Source of the DNA: Macrostomum hystrix
Taxonomy: Eukaryota; Animalia; Platyhelminthes
NCBI GenBank assembly: GCA_950097015.1
Contig: CATNEN010000038.1
Location: 11,036,001-11,100,000 of the forward strand
Direction of reading: 5' to 3'
Length of the DNA: 64,000 bases
The position numbers and the translations under genes are program-made. Shown here piece by piece: positions 23,001 to 38,000 of this stretch (position 1 is the first letter of the stretch; the number at the start of each line of letters is the position of its first letter). Under the pieces are notes generated by a model that did not search any database, was not told the DNA's origin, and saw only the letters and a list, made by a program, of their open reading frames with translations.

Positions 23001-26000
23001 AGGTGGCGCGATCGCTGGCTGGCACAGACTTCACTGGGACCCATTCACCGTTGGGGCCCTTCTTCTCCACGACGTAGCCGGTAATCTTTGAGCCGCCGTC
23101 GTTACGCGGCTTGCTCCAGCTCAGCTGGGCACCATCGCGGCGAACCTTGTCCACACTCACCTGAAAAGGTGTCGAAATTTACAAATAAAAATCTTGGCTC
23201 CATGATATAAGCTGTCATTTTGTACTTACCTCGCCAGGTGCTCCAGCCGGCAGCACCGGATCCCGAATCATCACCGGCTGGGTGGCCTTGCTTGGCTCGC
23301 CCGGACCGGCTGCGTTCACCGCCGAGACGCGAAATTCGAACTCGCGGTTCTCCACTAAACCGCTGGTTATTGTGTAGGCCAAGCGATCAGTAGTTGGGAC
23401 TCCCGTGCCAACCTTCTCCCAGAGGTCAACGCCCTTCTGTCGCTTCTCCAGAAGGTATCCAACTATCGGATTGCCTCCGTCGCTTTTTGGCGGCTTCCAT
23501 GACAGGGCTGCCTGGTGCCGATCGACCCTGTCAACGCTGAGCGATTCTGGTGCCTGCGGTGCATCGAACGGATTCTTGGCCAGCACCGGCGAGCTAGACT
23601 CGAGTGGCTCGCTGGCTCCATATCGATTGACAGCTCGAACTCGAAATTTGTAGCGCTTTCCTTCACGAAGCTGCTTTACCGGTCGGCTGGTCTCTGTGTC
23701 GCCGAGAGCAGTAGCCGGTGGCACCTTCTCCCAAACCCGCTCGCCCTCTTCGCAGCGCTCAACCTCATAGCCGGTGAGCTCACATCCGCCAGTATCTTTA
23801 GGGGGGCGCCAGGCCAGTTGGCAGGAGGTGGCTAGCAGGTCGGAGACCTCCAGGGGACCTTCGGGTGGGTCGGGCTTGTCCAGGACAACCACGCGAACAG
23901 CCGCCTTCGCTGTGCCATTCGCATTGGTCGCAAAGATTTCGTACAGTCCAGCATCCGATTTCTTGGCATGGTCGATTCGCATTTTGCTAGCCTCATCTTT
24001 CTCGGTTACCTCAGCTCCGGAGCCCAACGGTGCAGCGTCTTTTGTCCAGGCGACAGTTGGTTTTGGAGCACCGTCCACCGGCACATCTAGCTGAAGCGGC
24101 TCGCCAGCGCGAACACGAATCTCGCCTCCATCCGGTCCGAGACCCAGACCCGATAGATCCAACTGCGGAGGTTCCTTTGATGGCTTTGCCTTGACTGGCT
24201 TCGAGGATGGCGACGCCTCGCTAGGACCAGCCGCGTTCACTGCTGAGATACGGTACTCGTACTCCTTGCCCTCTTTGACTGTGTCGTCTGTGTATTCAAG
24301 ACCGGGCACAGGGTCACGCGTCACCTTCACCCAGCGCGTGGCCTTGGCCTCTTTGCGCTCAACGGTGTAGCCGGCAATCGGTGAGCCGCCATCTCGCCTC
24401 GGTGGCTTAAAGGCCAGGCTCACTTTGTTCCTGTCGTGGTCCACAATCTCAGGTGCGGCTGGCGCATCGGCAGCTTCGTAGGGATTCTTCGCCTTGGTTG
24501 GCGCGCCTGTCGTTTCGAGCGGTTCGCTCGAGCCCTGCACTGTTTCCGCAGCCACACGGAACTGGTACTCGTGGCCCTCCTGGAGTCGCGGCACAGCACA
24601 GGTTGTGCTGGCAACCGTCTCAGAGACGGTTTCCCACTCGCCCTTTTTAGTGTCCAACTTCTGTACGACATAGTTCTGAATCGGTGAGCCTCCATCGTCA
24701 ACTGGCGGTTTCCAGGCAAGTTGGCAGCTCGTCTTAGTCACCTCGGAAACTTCCAGCGGTCCCTCCGGTCGACCGGGCTTCCCGAGCACAAGAACTTCAA
24801 CATCTGCAGAGTCCTCTCCGACCTCGTTGCTGACTGTGAGCTTGTAGACTCCGGAGTGGCTCCTTGAGGCCTCCTTTACCGAGATTCTAGTTTAAAATGT
24901 TGATAATATAGACTATTTCATTTCGTATAGGATCGATTGAGTTCATTGATATGTGTAATTCGATCTGAACCTACCTGGCCCAATCAATGTTGGACTCGAC
25001 AGAGAACAAGGCCTCATCGACTGGTTTGTCAGCGAGCGTCCACACTGCTTCAGGCGGCGGCTCGCCGACAAACTTCACCTCCAGTCTGATCGGCGCTCCG
25101 ACCTTCAGCTGCACAGGTCGGAGGCCCTGCCGGTCGATCTTCGGCTTGAGGAAGCGCGGCTTAGCCACCACGGGCCCGGCCGCTTCTCCCGGCTCCGAGC
25201 TGCCGGCCTTGTTGACGGCAATCACGCGGAACTCGTACTCCTGGCCCTCCTTGAGCGAATCGACCCGGGCCTTGAGATCGCGGGCGCCGACCTCCTTGGC
25301 CATTGTCCAGGTAGGAGCGGCTTTGCTACGGCTCTGCACAATGTACTTTAGCACAGGAGATCCATTGTCGCTGCTTGGCGGACTCCATTCGAGGTCGGCG
25401 AAATTCCTTGAAAATAAAAAAACAAAAATGAGTTCTCACAGGCATGCTTGAGTTTTGTTGGATGGTAATAACAAGGCTTATTCCCCGATGAATTTCTCAC
25501 TTGTCCCAGTCGACCAAACTGCATGGTCCGGGCGGCTCCGGCGGATCCCAGGGGTCGCGAGCCACCGTGTCCTTCGCTGTCCTCAACCAGTCAGACTTGC
25601 CCTCGGCGTTCACAGCTCGCACACGGAACTGGTACTTGTTGCCCTCTGTCAGGCCACCGATGCGGCACTCCTCCTTCGGCACGGTCTTCACCGGCTTCCA
25701 ATTCTCCTCGTTGACGCCATCTGTGGTGTCCAGCTGCTCTACCTCATAGCCGGTGATTGGCGCGCCGCCGTCGTCCTCTGGGGCGTCCCAGAGCAGTGAG
25801 CAGCCGTCGTGTGCAAGATCGGTGACGTCAAGCGGATCGCCTGGACGATCCGGCCGGTCCAGAACGTCAATATTGAACGGCACCAGCTCCTCGCCGGCGC
25901 TGTTTGATAGTTTCAGGTCGTACTTGCCGCGGTCGGATCGCTGGGCGCCCTCGGCGTTGTCCAGCACCAGCTGCACCTGGCCAGGCAGAGGGATCGCCTT

Positions 26001-29000
26001 CAACTGTACCGTCTCTGGAGCCGGCTCACCTGTAAATATTTGTGGCACCAGGTATCGATTGGTTGGGCCGCTAACCTCGAACAAACCCGGTGGAGGGACA
26101 ACGAGAGTTGCCGTCAATCCTGAGCGGTCCGGTCCCATCTACCCGACTCCGAAAAGTCCTTCTGAACAAACCCCGGAAGGACGTCCAGGCCCTTATCATG
26201 ACCCTCACTGGCCATGGCTGCTACACGTGCGAGGCAATCAGAGTGAGTTTTGCCATTTTTTAATCTTAAGAATGAGGACGTCCTGCACTTCTTTTGAAAC
26301 GGATTTTCAGGGAAAGTGCGCGACTTTCACCTCCCCGCTGAGCATTCGGACCGCCCTGGGGCTAACTCAATTTATCGAATGGATATTCATTAGACGACCC
26401 ATCTAAGGCCAGTAACACTTTAACGAGCAAATACTCACCGTTTCGTAGAAGCGCCACACTTGGTATGGGAAATCCTTTCACTGGCATCACGCAGGAGAAT
26501 GGCTGGCCCTTCTTCAGCTGCACCGACTCCGGCTTTTTGCCAACAATGGCTGGCGGCTTCTCGCACTCTTCAACCTGTAGCTCGCCCTTACAACTGTGCT
26601 TGCCAACTCGCACCGTATAGATGCCTTCGTCATCTAGATCGAGACTGTGGAAGATGAGGTAACAGTCGTCCTTGTTCTCTTTGATTTCCACCCGGTCGCT
26701 GGTCTCGACCGGTTCACCATCCTTCAGCCATTTAACCTCGTGCTGTTTCGGGTTTCTCAGCGACACCATCAGCTCCTTCTTGCGGGTCTCGATACCCTTC
26801 GTGTCAAACAGGCTCTTCTTGAATTCAACGTCAGCTGTAAAGAGAATCGTGCGCAACTATCCTTTATTTGAAGACAATCTTTTGTTTTACATAGTTGACT
26901 GCCATGCGCTTCAATTGACTTACGCTTAACAGTCAGCCGTGCCGTGGTGACCTTCTTGGCAGTGCGACAAATGATGACACCATCCCAGTCGGTATCCAGG
27001 TTGAAGATGGTCAGCTTTCGCTTAGTTCTCTGCATCGACTCAGCTTTGTACTTTTCGTCCTTGCCAGGCTCTAGTTTCTAGTTGCATATTTAATTAAAAA
27101 TATTTCGTTGAATATAGTTAAAAATTGAGAGTAGACAGTAGACATATAAATAGCATAGTTTAGTAGTCCTTGGGTCTTTCTACTTCTAGTAGCTAAAATT
27201 AGCTACACTTTTTTTCTAACGTCTTCAGAAAACGTTTCACTAGAACTTTTTTGTCATTGATGTTTGTGCCCGGGTCTCACCTGCAGCCGACTGATGTCCA
27301 TGGGATCCACATCCGGGTTGGCGCAGAAGAACCATTTCACAACAGCGTCTTTGTCGTTGACTTCGCATTCGAAGGCCAGCTCGGCGTCGCCTTCGTAGCA
27401 CTCCTGCGGCCGAAGGTTCCGGTTGAAGAACCAGTCCGGGTCCTCCAGGACAACATCCGTGTAGGTCTGGTCGCCCTCCACCACGCAGCCAAACTCTGTT
27501 TCGTCCTCGTCGCGGGCCTTGACCACCCGCAGGATGCAGCGGTTCTCGCGACGCTTCATCTCGTACCGGTTGGGGAAGTACTGAAGAGTTTCAACGGGGC
27601 AGGTATGGGTTCGATTGCTGTACAAAAAATCTCGTCTATACAATTCAATAGTCTCACCTCAAGCTTCTCGCCATTCTTGTACCAGGTAACTGGCGCCCTC
27701 GGGTCGTTAACAGAGCACTCCAGGTTGATGTCTTTGTTGCGCACCACGTGAGTTGTTTCCGGCAGCTTCTGGTTGAAGCTGAACTTCTTCTGCTGCTCGC
27801 TCACCTCAAGGTTGGCGGTGGTGGACAAATCGTCGCCCATTTTGCAGGTGTAAACACCGGCGTCCTCCATCAGCACCTTTTTGATCTCCAGGATGTACTC
27901 ATCTCCATTGCTGGTTGGCAGGTGCGAGTGAAGAATGCGGGATGAAAATAAGTGAATGTACGTGCATCAGTACTGGCCGTTCAAGTGGGACGCGTCACTC
28001 GTCCACTTTCTCACTTGCTTTAGAAACGGTAAATTTAAGAGCCCCGCTTACCAAACAATATTGTACTTCGGCCCCTGGAAAATCTCCAGCTTATTCTTGA
28101 GCCAGCGAAACTTGGCGTTGGGACGCGAAAAAACGCAGCGAAACTTCACCATCGGACAGCCCTCCTTGACCTTCTCGTCAGACAGCGGCTCCTTGAAGGA
28201 GTCTTTGTCCTGCAAGTGTGAACCGGGAGCCGACAGTAGCGACAAAGTCAGGAGCAGCAGAACAGATAACAAGAGCAGAGCGCAAGCCCAAAGGCATTGT
28301 TGCGATGTGGACGAGATGTCAACGTCTACACCTGTTGGCTGGACAATGGATCCGCTAAGAACAGTATCGGCTCCAATAGTGCGACTCTCAAAGCTAAAGT
28401 ACATTGTCCGTATGGCTTCTCAATGCGAAACTTTCTATTCTTGTTTATTTTAGTATCGAAATTATTGCGTAGAAATGGCAAATGGTCACGACAACGGCTG
28501 CGTTGTGCCCTTGCACAGCCGAGGCCGATGCAGAGAAAGATTGGGTCGCGAATGACTTAAAACCTACATTTAAGTAGAATAGAAAGAGGATGCTGGTCAA
28601 GAGGAGAGAGGAAAAATTGGGATTTTCAGCAGTTGAAGCTGTCAGTCACCGTTAATTAGTCACTTAGGAAAAGTCGAGCCAGTTTTGCGCATCGAAGAGA
28701 CACGATTAAAATGGGCTCTCAACATGGCAGATAGTGCGGTGTCTGGTCTTTTTTACTTTAGCCGCTACCGAATGCTGTTAAGTGGACACAGATTCCAGGA
28801 AAACTGGAGCCATACAAAGCCTTCTTTTGTTAAAGGGTGAATGAATTCTACACAAGAGGTACTCTCTAAAAGTCTTTGCTTTGATCGCAGATTGGATCTG
28901 AACATATATCAAGTGACGCTCCAGTATCCAGTAGCTCTAGTGTTTGCACTTCCCTGCGACCTTTTCATATTAAAAATGCGATCCATTGTTTTAATTGTTA

Positions 29001-32000
29001 TCTAGGCTTTTACGAGTAGAATATTAAATTGTATTAAATTGAAACAGAACAAACATCACGTCACGTGATGCGCACTTGTCCTCTAGACCTTCCTGGTGCA
29101 CTCAATCGTGCATCCACCTCACTACATGACCTTCAAATCTACGCTCTCATTGGCTGTCAGCGAAGGAACGAGAAAACACCACAGAACGCATTCGTATTGA
29201 CTAGGGTCTGCTTATTACGAAGGGATGAATGATACTGTGTGTTGTCTATCGTCGCTTAGTGAGTTTCAGCTCTGATGGCTGCTTTTTTGAGGTCGTGACG
29301 ACTCACCACTTTCTTCTTTTCTGTCGCCTTCAGCTGCGCGAAGCCGGGAATGCTGCCGTCCGGCTTCTCGTGGGCCTTGCGCGCGTCCAGCTGATTCTGC
29401 ATCTCCTGAATCTCGCTGGCCATCTTGTTGCGCTTGTCGTCCTGAAGTATTGTGAGAAACGTGCGTACAATCCTTCTTAATTGCTTCGTTTATAGATTCA
29501 AAAAATTTGAGAAGTACTAAAGTACCTTGCTTGATGACACTGGGGCGATCTTTAGCTCCGGAATCTCTTCGTCTGAGTCGTCATCCGGTGCCGAGCCGTG
29601 CTCTGTGAAGTTTTTATGCTTATAATTCATATAAAAAGTTTTTTAATTGACTCAAACGACACCCTTATGTCACTCCATCGTCACTCAAGAGCCACACACA
29701 GGCCGTTAGGCAGCAGGTCAACTTGCTCACTCACCCTTGACCATCACGGAGAACTTGGCCTGGTCATAGACCACCCCGCTGGAGTCCTGCACAACGCACG
29801 AGTACTTTCCCTCGTCTGTGGGCTCGGCGGGTTTGATCTTAAGCACCGCCTCCTGACGCTCTGGCAAGCTGACAACTCGCGTGCGCTCGTCATTCGCCAG
29901 CTCCTTGTTGCCCTTGAAGAACTTCACCACCGGGAAGGGACTGCCCGAGATGGGCACAGCCACACGGATGCTGCGGCCTGCCAATGTAGTGAAGCGTTGC
30001 TTGTTGAACTGCTTGAGGTTGAGGGTGACCTGCGTTCAACTGTGTGAAATGTTATCTCACCCTCCACAGCGCTGACGGTCTCGGGTTTCTGCTTGATCGC
30101 CGGCCTGTCGCTTGGCGCCGCCAGCAGCGGCGTCACCTTCGCCGGCGTCTTCGGCTCCGCCTTGTCCGGCTCGGTTTTAGGAGGCTTAACGGGCTCCGGC
30201 ATTTTCTTTTCTGCGAAAGCGGTTGAAGAAATTGGGTGAGGGTTAGCCTCTGACACCTGAGGTAATTGTTTAAGGGTTAACCTCTGACACCTGAGGGAAT
30301 CTGGTTACAGTAAACCTCTGACACCTGAGGTAATTGGGTAAGGCTTAACCTCTGACACCTGAGGTAATTGGGTAAGGCTTAACCTCTGACACCTGAGGTA
30401 ATTGGGTAAGGCTTAACCTCTGACACCTGAGGTAATTGGGTAAGGCTTAACCTCTGACACCTGAGGTAATTGGGTAAGGCTTAACCTCTGACACCTGAGG
30501 TAATTGGGTAAGGCTTAACCTTGAGGGATCAGAGACGGTAACCTCTGACAACTATGGGAATAGGGTAAGGGTTAACCTTGAGGGATCAGAGACGGTAACC
30601 TCTGGCGCCTGAATGAATCGTGTTCAATATATAGTTAATTTGCTCATCTCGTACTCATGCACAGAAAGAACAATTTGCAAATCAGAACGGAGAAACAGTA
30701 TTTAAGATTTTTTTCTGGTAACTGTGTAAGGTTGTGAACTGTTTAAGGAAAAGGTGCTTCCAAAGCACAAAAAAGCAGTTTTTTTCTGTCAGTTAATTAC
30801 AACCCGAATATCGATAATTATCGGTACAATTGCTTCTTGAACAGGATATAAATGAAAGCCATTCCCTAAGCAATGCGAAGCGACATTGTGCAAGAGATTA
30901 CTGCGATTTCAGCATTGATTTGAGCAGACAGTGTGACTAGCAAGATTTTATAACAGTTCTGGGACGCGACTTCTGTACATAATCTTACCTGAAAAATCCA
31001 CAACGATTTTAAAGATAGTAACATTATGCAAGCATGCAAGAACTTTAAATAGCTTGGTTGACTAATTAAAGTCAACAAGCAGCAAGCGAGTTGAACTTTG
31101 TTAAGGTTTAGCAGCTTAGGTCACAAATCGCTTTTCAAATAGTTTCTTGTCGGCATAATTACGAAATTTTATGAAGTTGTTTTGTCTATAAGCCAACTCG
31201 ATCTTCGATGTAAACTTTCTTTTCCATCAAAATGTACTTTAAAATTGCTTTAAACCATGGAAAAGAGTACATTCCAAAAACACACGTCCCAATTTCGGAA
31301 TCGAATCTATTGTAAACAGTTTATCACATCAATTTGAAAATTGTTCAGCAATTTGAAAGTCTATACTCAATTTGAAACTCTTCTCTTCTCTCTTCTCTTC
31401 GCCTTGCGCCTTAATTGCTTTCATTAGGTTAAATTATAAATACCCGCCAAAATTTTGTCTGTGGCCGAAAGTCCTCCGCCAGATAATTTAGGCGGGTATA
31501 CACTGAAGCTTTCATTGGCTTCATTTCTAACGCCCATAGACTATCGTTGTCAACAACCACCCTCCTCCCCATTCACCCTCGCTCTTCTAATCCTAAAAGT
31601 GGGTTGTAAGAGTAAATTTGCACGAAGCCTCAACCACAGGCTGTCTCGAAGCTGTCTCAATTGTAACGAACAATGAGCGTGCATTATTTGTTTTCCATTC
31701 TACGAATACTATACCATTCTTGTCTTTGTTAAAGCCTTTGAGGCGAGCGAGGGCCTCAGCCAGCGACTCTTCCTCTTTGGGCTTTGGCTTTGGCGGCGGC
31801 CGTTTCTTCCCGGCAGGCTTTTTCTCGTCTCCGTTGGCTGCAACAGGTGATAATAGCACAGTGAATACCTATTAATCTTAATCCCCGTGTAAAACTAATG
31901 CGAGGGACACGCGTTAAACAAGAGTTAATTGTGCATTCCGATTGGCAAAAAATAGACTAACTAATTCATGTTCAACATCTGTCTAGGTGTTTTTGAGACA

Positions 32001-35000
32001 CCAGTTTTTGCCATCACCTTCTGGGATTCGATTGAGCCGATTTCAGTTAGTTTGAGCAATAAACCATGCAATTCCAGATTTAATCAGGTGTACTTTAAAA
32101 CGCAAAAAGTACATAAACTATACTAGATATATACAAATCGTGAACTATTGGCGGATGTAACATTGTTTCCCATTAACCTTGGCCTTTTCAACATTGTAAA
32201 CTAAGTTTTCATTTCAAACGCGCGCATGTATAGATATTTAAATAACAATGCAGATTTAATACACGGACGAATCGGTGACTGCCATATTTTTCATTACCTT
32301 CTGGCGCTTTCTCATTGTCTTTTTTGGCATCCTCTGCAGGCTTCTGCGCTGCCGGCTCTGGAAATAAAGAAGGTCATTGTTATTGGTGTGCGGGTCGGGA
32401 GACGAGCTTGCCGCATTGTTTGGGTAAACTCACTAACTCCATTGCCACGGGGCAATTAATTTTATTATGGCACATCATTTGGTGACACTAGACCTGCAGC
32501 AAACGAGGAGGCAATTCTGCCCATTTCGCTGAATCCTGAGCACACACGCACACGGACACTGTACGCTGGAACACACTCACACAAGTGTGTGTAAATCTGC
32601 CCTGACTTTCTCATTGTCAGCCTGTGTACACTCTCACTGTGCCTTGGAGGTTGGCCCTCAATGTCGTAAATTGCACGACAAGCCCCCAAGCCTTTTCTCC
32701 GCGGCTGCGCCCTAAATTGATGTGGCCTCGTCGCGGAATCGAGCTCAGGGACCTAGGCGCGAGAGGCAAACGCGTTAGACCGCTCTGCCACTCACCACCA
32801 ATTTCAAAATGATGCACCAGTAGCCCAAGTCCCCCTTGGTGAAATTGTTGAACAACTTGCACTTACCAGCCTCCTTCTTCGGTGTGGCAGTCTTTGACAC
32901 CGGCTCCTCGGCAGGAGCTGCAGGTAAATTTGAGATTGATTTAGAAACTGCCGTGGTTTCCCTTCCATAACCATTACGTATGCACATTAAATGACCAATA
33001 AGTAAATTCTTGCGTGTGACAACTCGTCACAATGGCCCCTATTTGTCTGACCATCGTTTATGACCATTCTACGACTTGTGTATGACCCCACTCACCTGCT
33101 TCCGCCTTCGGTGCCGCAGACTTTGACGCAGGCTCCTCAACAACAGGGGCTAAATATGGAAATAAACAGGTTAGTTTGTGTTTTTTAGACTTCAAAATTA
33201 GTTGCATCAATTTAGCTTTAATTACCGGACTCCTTCTTCGGACCTGTTGTTTTCGAAACTGGCTCCTCGGGAACAGGAGCTGAAACCGAGCTTTTTAGTG
33301 ACTTAATCGGAATGATAAACCCTTCATCTCTAAACCCTTCATCTCTAAACCCTTCATCTATAAACCCTTCATCTCTAAACCCTTCATCTCTAAACCCTTC
33401 ATCTCTAAACCCTTCATCTCTAAACCCTTCATCTCTAAACCCTTCATCTCTAAACCCTTCATCTGTCTAAACCCTTCATCTCTAAATCCTTCATCTCTAA
33501 ACCATTCATCTCTCTAAACCTTCATTTCTCTTCATAGTACTCTTCATTTCTCTAAACCCTTCATCTCTAAATCCTTCATCTCTAAGCCATTCATCTCTCT
33601 AAACCTTCATCTCTAAACCCTTCATCTCTAAACCCTTCATCTCGCTACACCTTTTATCTTTTCAAATCATTCGTCTGGCTAAACTTTTTATCTCTCTAAA
33701 CCCCTAATCTATTTTTAAGCTTACCCGCCTCTGTCTTCGGAACCGATGCCTTAGTTTCTGGCTGTTCGGGGGCTGAAAGAAATTAAAATTAGTTTACAAT
33801 ATGGAGTCGAAGCAAATATTATTTCAAAAGATAATTCTTTTTTTTAGTTGTTCTCTGACTTTTAACTCACCTGCCTCCTTCTTTGGAGCGGCAGACTTTG
33901 ACACTCGCTCCTCTGATGGTGCTGCGAAGTTAATTAATCAGAAATTCATTGGTCATTTACATGCTTCACTTTCCATCACCAGACCTAGACCGCATTTACA
34001 CTTTTGCAATCTCCCTTCATCTCCGTCTCCTCTCTCATCTCCCTACCTCCCTTCATCTCCCTACCTCCCTTCATCTCACTTTATCCCTTAATCTCCCCTT
34101 TCTCCCTTAGTCTCCCCTCATCCCCCTCTCCCTCAATCTCCCCTCTCCCTTAATCTCCCCTCTCTCCCTTAATCCCCTCTCCCTTAATCTCACCTCTCCC
34201 ACTTAATCTCACCTCTCTCCCTTAATCTCTCCTCTCTCCCTTAATCCCCTCTCCCTTAATCTCACCTCTCCCACTTAATCTCACCTCTCCCACTTAATCT
34301 CACCTCTCCCACTTAATCTCACCTCCCACTTAATCCCCTCTCCCTTAATCTCACCTCTCCCACTTAATCTCACCTCTCTCCCTTAATCTCTCCTCTCTCC
34401 CTTAATCCCCTCTCCCTTAATCTCACCTCTCCCACTTAATCTCACCTCTCCCACTTAATCTCACCTCTCCCACTTAATCTCACCTCCCACTTAATCCCCT
34501 CTCCCTTAATCTCACCTCTCTCCCTTAATCTCAACTCTCCCTTAATCTCACCTCTCTCCCTTAATCTCCCCTCTCTCCCTTAATCTCCCTCATTTTGTAA
34601 GATTATTCAAGGCAAGCAGCTCTAACCTGCTTCCTTTTTCGGAGCAGCAGATTTCGACACTGGCTCCTCTGCAGGTGCTGCGTGAAGTTGGAAGTTCAGA
34701 GGCAGTGTATTGTTTATTTGACAATTTAATTGTTTAGTTGTCGCTTTAATTCTTTTAACACTTACCAGCCTCCTTCGGAATTGTGGTCTTGGATTCCTGT
34801 GGCTGTTCTGGGGCTAAAATTACAGGTAGAAGTACTCTTTATAACCACCGTTTTCTAGGAAATAAGGTTCCTCGTGAAATCTGATAAAACTTTAACACAT
34901 TATGGTCGATTATCTAGACGCACTCAAGAATATCTAAACAAAATCCTTAATCCATCCATTTTCCTCAATAAAACTTACGCATAAACCACAATCCATCATC

Positions 35001-38000
35001 CACTATCCATGATCCACTATCCATCACCCACAATTCATCACTCACTATCCATCATCCACTATCCATAATCCGCTATCCATCATCCCCTATCCATAATCCG
35101 CTATCCATCATCCACTATCCATAATCCGCTATCCATCATCCATTGTCCATCATCCACTATCCATCACCCACTATCCATCATCCACAATCCATCATCCACA
35201 ATCATCATCCACAATCCATCATCCACAACCCATCATCCACTATTTATTATCCACTATCCATCATCCTCTATCCATCATCCACTATTTATTATCCACTATC
35301 TATCACCCACTATCCATCATCCACTATCCAACATCCACTATTCATCATCCACTATCCATCATCCACTATCCATCACCCACTATCCGTCATTCACTATCCG
35401 TTGTTCACTATCCATAATTCGCTATCCATCATCCCCTATCCATAATCCGCTATCCATCATCCCCTATCCATAATCCGCTATCCATCATCCACTATCCATA
35501 ATCCGCTATCCATCATCCATTGTCCATCATCCACTATCCATCACCCACTATCCATCATCCACAATCCATCATCCACAATCATCATCCACAATCCATCATC
35601 CACAATCCATCATCCACTATTTATTATCCACCATCTATCATCCACTATCCATCATCCACTATTTATTATCCACTATCTATCATCCACTATCCATCATCCA
35701 CAATCCATCATCCACTATCCATCATCCACTATCCATCATCCACTATCCATCATCCACTATCCAACATCCACTATCCATCATCCACTATCCATCATCCACT
35801 ATCCATCATCCACTATCCATCATCCACTATCCATCAACCACTATTTATTATCCACCATCTATCATCCACTATCCATCATCCACTATGCATCATCCACTAT
35901 CCATCATCCACTATCCATCATTCACTATCCATCATCCACTATCCATCATTCACTATCCATCATCCACTATCCATCATCCACTATCCGTCATTCACTATCC
36001 ATCATCCACTATCCATCATCCACTATCCATCATTCACTATCCATCATCCACTATCCATCATCCACTATCCATCATTCACTATCCATCATTCACTATCCAT
36101 CATCCACTATCCATCATCCACTATCCATCATTCACTATCCATCATCCACTATCCATCATTCACTATCCATCATCCACTATCCATCATCCACTATCCGTCA
36201 TTCACTATCCGTTGTTCACTATCCATCATCGATAGCAAATTTTCACTATTCACTAATTAATTTTCCCCAAAGCTTTATCTACTAATCCAATATTCACAAC
36301 TGCTCACCGGCCTCCTTCTTTGGAGCAGCAGTCTTTGACAAAGGCTCCTCGGGAACTGAATGAAAAAAAGCAGCAAAAATAGCATTAATAAATAGTAAAA
36401 AACTGATTAGCTATGACTCAAATAGAGAGCTCATCGCCCTCTTACCTGGCTCCTCGATTTTCTTCGCGGCTGCCGGCCTTTTCGGTTCCGGCGGCAGCTC
36501 GGACAGAAGCAGGGGAGCTGAGAAACAAAATGCGGAATATATGCTGAATAATACTACTAGCCAGCTGGTAGTAGTATAAGTAGCAAAAGTAGAGAATTCC
36601 GCTTACCAACTTCCTTCTTAGGCGCAACTGTCGCCGTTAGAGACTCCTCAACAATGGGAACGTCTGGTGGAACGACAGTTTTCGGTTTCAGTTTTTTACA
36701 ATTGAGCAAAAAAAGTTACAACTACAACTAAGATTCGGATCATTCCTCACCCGACTCCACTTTCGCTGCCGGTTTCTTCTCAATGGGCTTCTCAGCTGCC
36801 GCTTGCTGGCGCTTCTGTTCTTCTTTCTTGGCTGAGAAGGAAAATGAGAATGAGAGTGAGAATGAAGACTCTTTCTCATTCATCAACTAAACCTGTCATG
36901 CCATCTTACCTTCCTCCTCCTCGGCCTTCTTCCGCTCCATTTCAACGTACTCAGCCAGTGGCTTGGCTAAAAATTAAAAAAAATGTTGCAGACATTTCTA
37001 ATTTCGTAACTCTCATTATCCATACAAAAGTACATTCTTACCGCTGTATCTTGGCGGTGCGTAGACCTTTCCAACCTCTTCTTCCACGACTGAAGGCGCT
37101 GAAATTTATTGCAAAGTTTGAGGTGTGAAATTCGTCTTAAACTGGGCTGGATGAGAGGTGTGAAATTCGTCTTAAACTGGGCTGGATGAGAGGTGTGAAA
37201 TTCGTCTTAAACTGGGCTGGATGAGAGGTGTGAAATTCATCTTAAACTGGGCTGGATGAGAGGTGTGAAATTCATCTTAAACTGGGCTGGATGAGAGGTG
37301 TGAAATTCATCTTAAACTGGGCTGGATGAGAGGTGTGAAATTCGTCGGAAACTGCTCTGGATGAGAGGCGTATAATTCGTCTTAAACTGCTCTGGATGAG
37401 AGGTGTGAAATTCGTCTAAAACTGGGCTGGATGAGAGGTGTGAAATTCGTCTTAAACTGGGCTGGATGAGAGGTGTGAAATTCATCTTAAACTGGGCTGG
37501 ATGAGAGGTGTGAAATTCGTCGGAAACTGCTCTGGATGAGAGGCGTATAATTCGTCTTAAACTGGGCTGGATGAGAGGCGTGTAATTCGTCGGAAACTGC
37601 TCTGGATGAGAGGCGTGTAATTCGTCGGAAACTGCTCTGGATGAGAGGCGTATAATTCGTCTTAAACTGGGCTGGATGAGAGGTGTGAAATTCGTCTTAA
37701 ACTGGGCTGGATGAGAGGTGTGAAATTCATCTTAAACTGGGCTGGATGAGAGGTGTGAAATTCGTCTTAAACTGGGCTGGATGAGAGGTGTGAAATTCAT
37801 CTTAAACTGGGCTGGATGAGAGGTGTGAAATTCATCTAAAACTGGGCTGGATGAGAGGTGTGAAATTCATCTTAAACTGGGCTGGATGAGAGGTGTGAAA
37901 TTCATCTTAAACTGGGCTGGATGAGAGGTGTGAAATTCGTCTTAAACTGGGCTGGATGAGAGGTGTGAAATTCATCTTAAACTGGGCTGGATGAGAGGTG

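Noticed and set aside
26040-26400. GC-rich intron segment inspected for a hammerhead or other ribozyme
   Set aside because: No CTGATGA...GAAA core found on either strand; origin unresolved.
20026-26406. Numerous plus-strand ORFs overlapping twitchin exons
   Set aside because: Antisense shadows of GC-rich coding sequence, with no independent domain signal.
30030-30060. Apparent 31-nt intron using the acceptor at 30030
   Set aside because: Phase mismatch; the acceptor at 29978 (83-nt intron) restores the Ig reading frame.
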